In this document: positions 55,822 to 64,000 of the stretch, in pieces
How positions within the stretch are numbered: position 1 is the stretch's first letter
Layout of the letters: every line of letters starts with the position of its first letter
Assembly (NCBI GenBank): GCA_964291495.2
Contig: OZ219871.1
Coordinates: 672,001-736,000, forward strand
Source: Dehalococcoidia bacterium
Lineage (GTDB): Bacteria; Chloroflexota; Dehalococcoidia; UBA2979
Reading direction: 5' to 3'
DNA: 64,000 bases
The notes under the pieces: generated by a model
Seen by the model: the letters and a program-made list of their open reading frames with translations, nothing else
What the model was told of the DNA's origin: nothing
Databases searched by the model: none
Made by a program: the position numbers and the translations under genes

Positions 55822-56793
55822 ATGTCGATGGTGCAGACGATCCGTGGTCCCATCCCCAGCTCCGAACTCGGACGCACGCTGTCGCACGAGCATCTGACCA
55901 ACGGCACGGCCGGGATGGAGCGCGTCCCCGGGTTGCTCGACCGGGCGGAGATGATCGACCGCTGCCTCGAGGCGCTGCAGGTGGCCCACGACGCCGGGAT
56001 CGACTCGCTCATCGACCTCACGCCCTTCGACCTCGGCCGCCAGGTCTGGCTGTTCGAGGCCGTCGCCGAGCGCTCGGCGCTCAACATCGTCTGCGCGACC
56101 GGCGTCTACCGCTGGGTGCCCGTCATCTACAACGGCTGGGACGAGGACGAGATCGCGGCGCACTTCGCGCGCGAGATCGAGGAAGGGATCGAGGGCAGCC
56201 AGATCCGCGCCGGCGCGATCAAGCTCGCCTGGGACATCGAGTACCGGCTCGGGCAAGCGGACGGACCGAACTCCCCGCGCGTCATGCTGGAGCGGACGGC
56301 CCGCGCCGCGGCCCGCGCCTCGAAGGCGACGGGCGTGCCCATCTCCTGCCACACGCGCGCGGTCGACGAGCTCGGCACACCGCTGCTCGACCTCTTCGAG
56401 GACGAGGGCCTCGACCTGCGCGCCGTGACCATCGGCCATTCCAACGACACGCAGGACCTCGACTACCTGCGCGGCCTCGCGGCCCGGGGCGCGACGGTTG
56501 GCCTCGACCGCTTCTTCTCCACGGAGGACGACTACGTGGCCGAGCGGTCCGCGATCGCGCTCGAGTTGGCCCGCGCGGGGTACGCCGAGCAGGTCTGCCT
56601 CGGTCACGACGGCTCACCGGCCGGCCTCTGGGGCCGCTGGGTGGAAGCGCGCCGCAGCGACTGCTGGACTCGCGTCTCCCGCTACGAGGTGCCGTGGCTG
56701 CTCGCCAACGGCGCGACCGAGGACGACGTGGACGCGATGCTGCGGCGCTCGATCGCCGCGACCTTCGAGGCCGCCGCGGCACAGTCGCCGTAG
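55822..56793 (+). CDS. Phosphotriesterase-family (PLL/PHP) metallohydrolase
   Basis: VQTIRGPI, TLSHEH, IKLA, CHT, IGHS, GHD. Confidence 0.9.
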   Translation: MSMVQTIRGPIPSSELGRTLSHEHLTNGTAGMERVPGLLDRAEMIDRCLEALQVAHDAGIDSLIDLTPFDLGRQVWLFEAVAERSALNIVCATGVYRWVPVIYNGWDEDEIAAHFAREIEEGIEGSQIRAGAIKLAWDIEYRLGQADGPNSPRVMLERTARAAARASKATGVPISCHTRAVDELGTPLLDLFEDEGLDLRAVTIGHSNDTQDLDYLRGLAARGATVGLDRFFSTEDDYVAERSAIALELARAGYAEQVCLGHDGSPAGLWGRWVEARRSDCWTRVSRYEVPWLLANGATEDDVDAMLRRSIAATFEAAAAQSP

Positions 56794-56853
56794 CCGCGCG
56801 ACGGGGCGCGGGCGCGACGTTGCCGGGGGTTCGGCGCGGGGCCTGCGTCCGGG

Positions 56854-57246
56854 CTAGCGCTCGACCTGCTGGATCAACTCGATCCTGACATCGTCCGGGG
56901 CTCGCATCCAGCAGACGCGAATGGCGCCGAAGTCGAGCGGCCCCTCCAGCAGCTCCGCGCCGAGCGCTTCGAGCCGCTCGATGTCCGTTTCGAGGTCCGC
57001 CGAGTCGAGCCCGAAGTGCTCCAACCCCTCGTGCACACCCGCGTCGCCGGGACCGAGCGTCTCGTTGGTGCGCGGGCCGGAGATGTTGACCGTGATGCCG
57101 TTCTCGCTGCGCGTAGCCACGAAGCGGTCACCGACCCCGCGGACGAAGTCATTCACGATCTCGAAGTTGAATGCCTCGACCCACCACTCCGCGCTCTTGC
57201 GCGGGTCGTGGGACTTGATGTGAATGTGGTTGATCGCGAAGGTCAT
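56854..57246 (-). CDS. VOC/glyoxalase family protein
   Basis: INHIHI, GLEHFGL, APDDVRIELI. Confidence 0.88.
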   Translation of the reverse strand: MTFAINHIHIKSHDPRKSAEWWVEAFNFEIVNDFVRGVGDRFVATRSENGITVNISGPRTNETLGPGDAGVHEGLEHFGLDSADLETDIERLEALGAELLEGPLDFGAIRVCWMRAPDDVRIELIQQVER

Positions 57247-57299
57247 CAGCAGCTCCTCCTGCTCGCTCATCATCGCACGATCGGGTCGCGGCGACGGGC

Positions 57300-59564
57300 T
57301 CAGCCGGCCTTGACGCTGCGGCGGTTTCGGAAGAGGGCCGGTTCCACGTAGGCGCTCGGCGAGGAGAGGGCGTCGTCGATGATCTCCAGCACCGCGGCCA
57401 GGGCCGGTTCAGCCAGCATGCTGTCCTGCTTCTCGCGGGTGTCGGCCAGGGGGACGTAACCGGACACCTCGGCGCTCTGCTCGTCCACGATCGCGGCCGC
57501 CTTCCTGACCGCGTCCTCGATGTCGTCCTGGCTGATCACGCCGTGCAGCCTCCAGTTGGCGAGGATCGCGCCGTCGATGCGCTCGGTGGCGCGGTCCTTC
57601 ATCTCTTCGATCTGGTCGAAGTCGGGCACCCCGCTGCAGCCAACGCCGCGCCGCACCCACGGCTCCACGTACGCCACCATGCTGTGGGCGTAGCGAAGGA
57701 CGGCGCGCTCCCTGACCCCGGAGGCGTCCAGCTTGCCCTCCCCCAACAGGGGGAACGCGAGGAGGGCGGCGCGGGGCACCGGGTCGGCGGCCGTGTCGAG
57801 CATGACCCGCTGCACCTCGTCGACGTCCACCATGTGGTAGTGCATCGAGTGCAGGTCGCTGGGGTAGGGGGCAGGCACCCAGGCCGTGTTACCGCCGCTG
57901 CGGGGATGGTCGATCTTGCGCTGCATCATCTCGGCCATCGCCCGGTTCCTGACCTGCATCCCCTTGCCCACCTTGCCGTGGCGGTGGAGCCCGGCGCGCA
58001 GGCCCACATCCACGTTGTCGAGCTCATAGCTCGTGTTGAACGTTGCCCGGGTCAGGTCGTCCCGCAGGTCGACGGGCCCGGCGTACATCTGCACGCGAAG
58101 CTGAGACCCGGTGCGGTCGAGGAAGCCGGTGTTGGTGAAGAAGACCCGGTTGCGGGCGGCCCGCAGCGCCTCGGGCAACTGCAGGGTCATGCCGAGCTCT
58201 TCGTTCATGATGCCGATGAGCATGGTCCCGGCGGGCAGCCCCAGGCCGCGCTCCACCGCCTCGAAGAACCGCATCTGCTCGGCGACCTCCTCGGCCGTGT
58301 GGAGCTTGGGAGTCACCTGGTAGACGAAGCCGCGGCCGCTGTTCGGACCGCGGACCGGCATGACGCCCTCGCCGTCCGCTCGGGGCTCCCCGTTGGAGCC
58401 CCGGTCGTGGGCGCTGGCGATGAGGGTGGTCAGCAGCACGCCGACGATGCGCTCCGGGACTTCCTCGCCGCCGAGCGTGACGGCGTCGGTGTACATGTGG
58501 ATCGAGACGTTTCGCACCGACATCAGGCTGGTCGCCTTGAGCGTCCGCTCCTCGCCGTTGACGTCGCGGTACGTCCTGTCGGAGTTGAGCTGCTTCAGGT
58601 TGCCCCGGGAGCCGTAGCCCTCGAGGCTGCCCCGGATCAGCCCGAGGTAGTTGCGCAACCCGTCCACCAGGTCGTCGGCGTCGACCACGGAGACCGCGTC
58701 CTCGAAGTCGATGATGTTGGTCAGGGCGGACTCGACGATCAGGTCCCTGAACTGGCCGTTGACCGGGTCGACGCTTCCGCCTTCGTAGAGCTGGAACAGG
58801 ATCCGGAGCCCGTTGTCCTCGAGGACGAACTCCGCGAGTTCCCCCTCGCCGTCCAGGTTGAACCCGATGAACTTGTCCGGGTGTTCCAGCCTGACGCCGG
58901 CGCCGTCCGAGGTCCGGCCCACCAGCTCATACGCGCCGTCGTCCTTGCGGCCGACCGAGTAGGCCGTGATCGAGTCGAAGCCGACCCCGCCCTGCCAGGC
59001 GCTGACGTGCTCATCGAGGAAGGCGTTGATCTCCTCCACGACCATCCGGAGCCGGGCGGGACGCTGCTCCTCGGCGTCGATCTCGGGGTGAATGTCGCTC
59101 AGGAAGTAGGCGTCGTAGAGACTGCCCCAGCGAGCGTTGGCCCCTCCGACGGCCATGCTGGCGTTGGTGACGGGGGTGACGAGTTCGGGGCCGTTCTGGT
59201 CCATCTCGGGATCGAGTCGCGGGGTGGCCACCTCGAAGTCCACCGGCCGCCCGGCCTCGAGGTAACCGATCTCCACGAGGAAGCTCTCGAGCTCCTCCGC
59301 GTCCCGGGCGGCCGACTCTTCGGACGGCGCCCAGCCGTTGCGGCGCTTCTCCCGGTAGTAGTCGTCGACCTGCCGTTGGACATCGGCCCGCCGGGCCAGG
59401 AGCTCGCGGTTGGGAGGCCCGAACTCCTCGACGAGCTCAGCGAGGACCTCGAAGACTCCATCGGCGGTCCAGGCGGTGCCCGCGACGGCCTCGTCCCTCA
59501 CGAAGTTGTAGAGGGTGTCATGAACCTCAAGGGTGTTGCCTGAGGGCAGCCGGACCGTTGCCAT
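57300..59564 (-). CDS. glcB: Malate synthase G (divergent)
   Basis: ANARWGSLYDA, IDFEDAV, VRNV, PKLH, NTGFLDRTG, AWVP, DRAT. Confidence 0.8.
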   Translation of the reverse strand: MATVRLPSGNTLEVHDTLYNFVRDEAVAGTAWTADGVFEVLAELVEEFGPPNRELLARRADVQRQVDDYYREKRRNGWAPSEESAARDAEELESFLVEIGYLEAGRPVDFEVATPRLDPEMDQNGPELVTPVTNASMAVGGANARWGSLYDAYFLSDIHPEIDAEEQRPARLRMVVEEINAFLDEHVSAWQGGVGFDSITAYSVGRKDDGAYELVGRTSDGAGVRLEHPDKFIGFNLDGEGELAEFVLEDNGLRILFQLYEGGSVDPVNGQFRDLIVESALTNIIDFEDAVSVVDADDLVDGLRNYLGLIRGSLEGYGSRGNLKQLNSDRTYRDVNGEERTLKATSLMSVRNVSIHMYTDAVTLGGEEVPERIVGVLLTTLIASAHDRGSNGEPRADGEGVMPVRGPNSGRGFVYQVTPKLHTAEEVAEQMRFFEAVERGLGLPAGTMLIGIMNEELGMTLQLPEALRAARNRVFFTNTGFLDRTGSQLRVQMYAGPVDLRDDLTRATFNTSYELDNVDVGLRAGLHRHGKVGKGMQVRNRAMAEMMQRKIDHPRSGGNTAWVPAPYPSDLHSMHYHMVDVDEVQRVMLDTAADPVPRAALLAFPLLGEGKLDASGVRERAVLRYAHSMVAYVEPWVRRGVGCSGVPDFDQIEEMKDRATERIDGAILANWRLHGVISQDDIEDAVRKAAAIVDEQSAEVSGYVPLADTREKQDSMLAEPALAAVLEIIDDALSSPSAYVEPALFRNRRSVKAG

Positions 59565-59771
59565 GAATCGTCAACTCCCGAGTTGCGCAGCGTTATCCAT
59601 CGTGAGGCGGCGCCTCCGACGGCGAGCGAACTGATCGGGTACCACGCTGCCACATCGTACGGCTTCGGGCGTGCGCACTGCGCAACGGTATCCCGATTGA
59701 GCCTGACGGCGTACCGTCAGGGCTCGCCATGGCCTCGCTGCGTGGAACGACAAGGTCGAGCGCGTCGCTGC

Positions 59772-60746
59772 CTACTGCCGCCTCCCGATGAGCGTGAGGT
59801 AGGCCTCCTCCAGCGACGAGGTGCGCGTCGTCATGTGGTCGACGTGCTCCGCCCCGATGTGGGCGACGATCTGGCCGGCATCCTGGTCCGAGGGGATGTG
59901 TACGCGAACCGTCTGGAGCATGCCCTCGCTGCGGCTCTCCACGTGTTGGACCTGCGGCAGCTCGCTCAGGGACGCCTGGAGTCCCTCCCGCGGTTCGCGC
60001 AGCGAGACCTCAACGACGGTCGCGCTGCCGAACTGCCTCTTGAGCGCTTCGGGGCTGCCCTGGGCAACCACGACGCCCTGGTCGATCACGATCAGCTCGT
60101 CGCAGAGTTCGTCCGCCTCGAGCATGAAGTGGGTCGTCAGCAAGATCGTGCGGCCCCGCTCCTTCAGGTCGGCGACCCGCTGCCGGAATTCGAAGGCCCC
60201 GAGCGGGTCCAGGCCCGCCGTGGGCTCGTCCAGGAAGAGGACGTCGGGGTCGGTGAGCAGGGCGCGCGCGAGGTGGAGCCGCTGCTTCATTCCGCGCGAG
60301 TACTCGAACACTTTCGAGCGCCGCCGCTCTCCGAGCCCCACCAACTCCAACAGCTCGTCGGCGCGGCGTTTCGCGTGGCGCGGCGAAAGATGGTTGATGG
60401 CGGCGAAGTACTCGAGGTTCTGCTCTGCCGTGAGCCGGCCAAAGAGACCCCGGTCGCCGCCAAGTGCGAGGCCCGTGCGCCGACGAACTTCGCGCGGCTG
60501 CGATGCGATGTCGAAGCCGGCTACGCGAGCGCTGCCCGAAGTCGGGAGGAGCAGGGTCGAGAGCATCCGCACCGTGGTCGTCTTCCCGGCCCCGTTTGGC
60601 CCGAGCAGACCGAAGATCGTTCCCGGCTGGACGACGAACGAGATGTCGCTGACCGCAACGATCTCGCTCCCCCTCCGCAGGGGACCGCCTCGCTGGAACG
60701 TCCGCCGCAGATTGTGGCACTCGATCATCGGAGCGTTCATCGTCAT
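59772..60746 (-). CDS. ABC-2 type exporter ATP-binding protein
   Basis: GPNGAGKTT, YSRGMKQR, LFLDEPT, TTH. Confidence 0.93.
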   Translation of the reverse strand: MTMNAPMIECHNLRRTFQRGGPLRRGSEIVAVSDISFVVQPGTIFGLLGPNGAGKTTTVRMLSTLLLPTSGSARVAGFDIASQPREVRRRTGLALGGDRGLFGRLTAEQNLEYFAAINHLSPRHAKRRADELLELVGLGERRRSKVFEYSRGMKQRLHLARALLTDPDVLFLDEPTAGLDPLGAFEFRQRVADLKERGRTILLTTHFMLEADELCDELIVIDQGVVVAQGSPEALKRQFGSATVVEVSLREPREGLQASLSELPQVQHVESRSEGMLQTVRVHIPSDQDAGQIVAHIGAEHVDHMTTRTSSLEEAYLTLIGRRQ

Positions 60747-61534
60747 TCCTCACCCCCTGCGAGGATTCCGCGCCGCCGGGCGGCCCGGTCGATGAGTACG
60801 AACACGACCAGTCCCAGGGCGGCGTAGCCGCCGGCGACCGCAAGTTCGAGCAAGAGGTCCGAGGACACGGCCGCCACCGAGTCACCGGCGAAGGCCCCTC
60901 GCAGCGCGCGCAGGCCGTGCGTGATGGGGAGCGCCTGCGCGACGCCCTCGAGCACCCGGGGAAGGCGGTCGACAGGGATGATCACGCCCGTCAGTCCAAG
61001 CAGCGCACCCAGCGCCACCGAAAAGAAGATCTGCCAGTCCCTGTAGAGCGCTGCGAAGTTTCCGAGGAGCAGGGAGAACATCAGGATGCCGATCGAAACC
61101 ACGGCGATCGCAACTGCGTACGTGAGGTAGTTCAGATCGCCCGCGTTCAGGTCGATCACGAGGACGGCGAGCAGGGTCGTGCTGATGGCGGCCACGGGAC
61201 CGTTGTAGAAGTGCCCGGCCCCGCGCGCGAAGTAGGCGGATGCCCGGTTCGCCGGGGATGCGAACAGCAGGTGCAGCGTTCCGCCGGACCGGTCGTTCGA
61301 GAACGACTGCGTCACACCGGCAACGTAGATCCAGACGATCGCGTAGACGATCATCCCGATGCCGAACCGGTCGACGTCCCCCACCTGCGCGAAGCGACCG
61401 ATCAGGACGAAGTTGAGCAGCATGAGGAACGGCGCGAGGACGAGATTGCTGAAGTAGGGGAACGGCGTGAGCCAGTGGAAGAGGCCTCGGTACGAGAGGT
61501 ACGCCTGCAGGTAGAAGTTCCGGACGCTGTCCAC
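60743..61534 (-). CDS. ABC-2 type exporter permease
   Basis: About six hydrophobic segments; DRSGGTL and PVDRLP motifs. Confidence 0.85.
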   Translation of the reverse strand: MDSVRNFYLQAYLSYRGLFHWLTPFPYFSNLVLAPFLMLLNFVLIGRFAQVGDVDRFGIGMIVYAIVWIYVAGVTQSFSNDRSGGTLHLLFASPANRASAYFARGAGHFYNGPVAAISTTLLAVLVIDLNAGDLNYLTYAVAIAVVSIGILMFSLLLGNFAALYRDWQIFFSVALGALLGLTGVIIPVDRLPRVLEGVAQALPITHGLRALRGAFAGDSVAAVSSDLLLELAVAGGYAALGLVVFVLIDRAARRRGILAGGEE

Positions 61535-61537
61535 GAT

Positions 61538-62317
61538 CTACCCCTCCGTCAGACCACCGAAGAGGCGGGCGCGCCGCTCCGCCTGGACGAACAGCACCAC
61601 CTCGACAACGGCGACGAGCACCACCAGGCCCACTGCCGGCGCCCAGTTGAGGGCGATCCGGCCGATGTCCTCCTTCCCGTTGATGGACCAGACCAACGCC
61701 TCCATGGCCCAGGCGGTTGGCAGCAGGCGGGCCAGCCACTCCAACCAGTCGGGGAGCAGGGCGACGGGATAGAAGAAGCCGCTCAGCACGACACCCAGAG
61801 GCCTGATCGCATTGAAGAACCCACCCTGCGCGCCCACAAGGAAGCCGAGCGGCGCGAAGATGAACTGGAGGGAGACGACGGCGAGCACGACGAGTGCGAG
61901 CGACAGAGCGAAGCTCGCGGGGCGCTCGATGCCGGCGATCTCCGTCGCAACGAGCAGGGCGGCCGCGAAGGACAGCAGCCCAATCAGCCCGAAGAATGCA
62001 ACGAAGGCGAGCGACTTCCCCAGCATCACGAGCGCGAGCGGCGAACGGGACAGCAGATTCAGTTCGAGCGTGCCCGCCCAGCGCTCGCCGAGGAGGGACC
62101 AGCCGGTCTGAAAGACCGCGACGTTCCAGATGACGACGAACGTCGCGCCGACGGCTATTGCCAGCGAAACGCCCTGCTCCACGCTCGAGCGCGCGATCCA
62201 GGCCGCGGCGACCGCCGTGGGCACCTGGCCGAGGGAGACGAGAAGGACCTGGTAGGGGGTCGCCGTGTCGCGCCACTGCTGCAGGAAGGCTCCCCGGAGT
62301 GCGTACAGATGACCCAT
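61538..62317 (-). CDS. ABC-2 type exporter permease
   Basis: ERWAGTLE and SGFFYPVALLPDWL motifs. Confidence 0.87.
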   Translation of the reverse strand: MGHLYALRGAFLQQWRDTATPYQVLLVSLGQVPTAVAAAWIARSSVEQGVSLAIAVGATFVVIWNVAVFQTGWSLLGERWAGTLELNLLSRSPLALVMLGKSLAFVAFFGLIGLLSFAAALLVATEIAGIERPASFALSLALVVLAVVSLQFIFAPLGFLVGAQGGFFNAIRPLGVVLSGFFYPVALLPDWLEWLARLLPTAWAMEALVWSINGKEDIGRIALNWAPAVGLVVLVAVVEVVLFVQAERRARLFGGLTEG

Positions 62318-62483
62318 GACGGCGCTCCTGTCGCCAGTCCAGACTCCGCCGCCGATCTACCGCACTCTACGCACAAGCCCTTGCGCCAGAGACGAGCGAT
62401 GGTGGACCCGTGCAGGTAGAGAGTATGGCCGATGCGACCAGAGCCCGTCGGCACGCCATCGGGGCCCCGTGCCCCGCGGCTGG

Positions 62484-62540
62484 TTGACCTATATATCGTC
62501 TATCGCTACATTGACTGCCGGTACATCGTCAGGCGGCATA
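62484..62540 (+). promoter_or_regulatory. Promoter TTGACC-17-TACATT with two tandem imperfect palindromes (candidate PadR operators)
   Basis: TATATCG-N5-CGCTACA (62492-62510) and TACATCG-N5-CGGCATA (62522-62540). Confidence 0.6.
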
Positions 62541-62598
62541 CTCCATGGCGGTCCTGAACACCGCTGCCGGATCCCGCCGTCAGCCGGGTCAGGTGGGC

Positions 62599-62964
62599 AT
62601 GCCGAACCGAACGCCTTTGGATTTGCTTCCGCTACCGGTATCGCAGTTGCACATCGTGCTCGCGCTGGCTAATGGCGACAGGCACGGCTACGCGATCATG
62701 AAGGAGATCGAAGCGTTTACCGGTGGAACGGTCGTAATGGGCGCAGGGACGCTGTACGGAGCCATCAAGCAGATGTTGAAGACCGGGTTGATCGAAGAGA
62801 GCTCCGAGCGCCCGGACCCCGATCTCGATGACGAGCGCCGGCGCTACTACCGTCTCACGGATCTCGGGCGAGACACGCTCGACGCCGAGGTGATCCGGAT
62901 GGAGCTGCTCACCCACACCGCCAGGACGAGACTGGCGGAGGTCATGCATGCGCGAGGGACCTAA
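62599..62964 (+). CDS. PadR-family transcriptional regulator
   Basis: HGYAIMK, GAGTLYGAI, RRRYYRLTDLG; start at 62599 or 62545. Confidence 0.93.
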   Translation: MPNRTPLDLLPLPVSQLHIVLALANGDRHGYAIMKEIEAFTGGTVVMGAGTLYGAIKQMLKTGLIEESSERPDPDLDDERRRYYRLTDLGRDTLDAEVIRMELLTHTARTRLAEVMHARGT

Positions 62965-62966
62965 CC

Positions 62967-64000
62967 ATGTTCTCGGAGCGGGTGTACCGCGCGCTCCTCG
63001 TCGCCTACCCGAGGGAGTTTCGACGCGAGTACGGGGATCTGATGGCCCAGTTCGTACGGGACCGAATGCGCCACGACGGCGGGGGTGTCCGGGGGCTGAC
63101 GATCTGGATGCACGTGCTCTTCGATCTCGCGGCTTCCGCCCTGAGAGAGCACCTGAGGGGAGCTGGCATGGGGCGCAGTAGACCCGTCATCGAGACCGAT
63201 TCACTCACGAAGATCTACGGGGACATCGTCGCCGTCGATGGCCTCTCGATGTCCGTTCCGAGCGGACACGCCTTCGGGTTGCTCGGTCCGAACGGGTCCG
63301 GCAAGACGACCACCATGGGTATGCTGCTCGGTCTCGTGCGGCCCACGTCCGGGAGCTTCAGTCTCTTCGGCTCCTCCGAAGGCCTCGAGGCATCCCTGCG
63401 CCGCGTTGGAGCGATCATCGAGTATCCATCCTTCTACCCCTATCTCACCGGCCGGGAGAACCTCGCCTACTTCCAGGGCATCTTCGGGCGGGGCTCGCCG
63501 GGCGACATCGACGGCCTGCTCGAACGTGTGGGCCTGGCAGACAGCGGAGACTACCGCTTCAGCACGTACTCCCTCGGCATGAAGCAGCGCCTGGGGCTGG
63601 CCTTCGCGCTTCTCGGCGATCCGGAGGTCCTCTTCCTGGACGAGCCGACGAACGGGATGGATCCGGCGGGCATGGCCGAGGTTCGCGAGCTCGTCCGCCA
63701 ACTCTGTGCGGACGGGAGAACCGTGCTGCTGGCCAGCCACCTGTTGAACGAGGTCGAGCAGATGTGCGACAGCGTCCTGATCATGTCCAATGGAACGCTG
63801 ATCACGCAGGGCGACGTCCCGGACATCCTCCGCGCCCGCGATCAGCTCCGGCTCAAGACCACGGACGATGCAAAGGCCGTGTCCACCCTCTCCGCACTGA
63901 AGTGGGTTCGCGACGTGGGGATGGACGGCGACGACGTTGTCGTTTCAGCCCCGAGCGAACGGTCCGCGGAGATCTCCACGGTCCTCGGACGTGCCGGTGT
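62967..64000 (+). CDS. ABC ATP-binding protein with N-terminal PadR-associated prefix domain (3' end runs off the window)
   Basis: Read by hand in one frame: MFSERVYRALLVAYPREFRREYGDLM...GPNGSGKTT...YSLGMKQR...LDEPT...SH. Confidence 0.88.
   Translation, partial: MFSERVYRALLVAYPREFRREYGDLMAQFVRDRMRHDGGGVRGLTIWMHVLFDLAASALREHLRGAGMGRSRPVIETDSLTKIYGDIVAVDGLSMSVPSGHAFGLLGPNGSGKTTTMGMLLGLVRPTSGSFSLFGSSEGLEASLRRVGAIIEYPSFYPYLTGRENLAYFQGIFGRGSPGDIDGLLERVGLADSGDYRFSTYSLGMKQRLGLAFALLGDPEVLFLDEPTNGMDPAGMAEVRELVRQLCADGRTVLLASHLLNEVEQMCDSVLIMSNGTLITQGDVPDILRARDQLRLKTTDDAKAVSTLSALKWVRDVGMDGDDVVVSAPSERSAEISTVLGRAG

Noticed and set aside
1-64000. tRNA, rRNA, selA/selB/selC/selD, integrase or prophage genes
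   Set aside because: None is recognisable in the window, so Sec machinery cannot be confirmed from this sequence.

Overview
High-GC (roughly 70% by eye) bacterial chromosomal window, densely coding, with about 55 CDSs and no rRNA, tRNA, CRISPR array or transposase. It is dominated by catabolic paralogues: family III CoA-transferases, acyl-CoA dehydrogenases, SCP2/Ltp2-type thiolase-fold proteins with DUF35 OB-fold partners, MaoC hydratases, LLM monooxygenases, SDRs, many C-N hydrolases, a peptide-type ABC importer, a ThDP enzyme and a divergent malate synthase G. This inventory suggests Chloroflexota (Dehalococcoidia/SAR202-like), which is an inference. Two signals stand out. (1) A thiolase-fold gene (15274-16419) has one in-frame UGA in its C-terminal active-site loop, followed by 18 codons conserved in an uninterrupted paralogue and by SECIS-like hairpins. 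It is a candidate selenoprotein, although a nonsense mutation or sequence error is not excluded. (2) An AmtR-like TetR repressor (17400-18128) accompanies six identical 17-bp sites (ATTCTATCGCCCGAAAG) that resemble the corynebacterial AmtR box. Five of them form part of TTGACn-16 bp-TAGAAT promoters spread over 50 kb, which defines a candidate regulon. Also present: an isomerase gene flanked by a duplicated gene junction, an MNT-HEPN pair with a degenerate MNT, a PadR gene next to a prefix-domain/ABC-ATPase fusion, and REP-like intergenic repeats.
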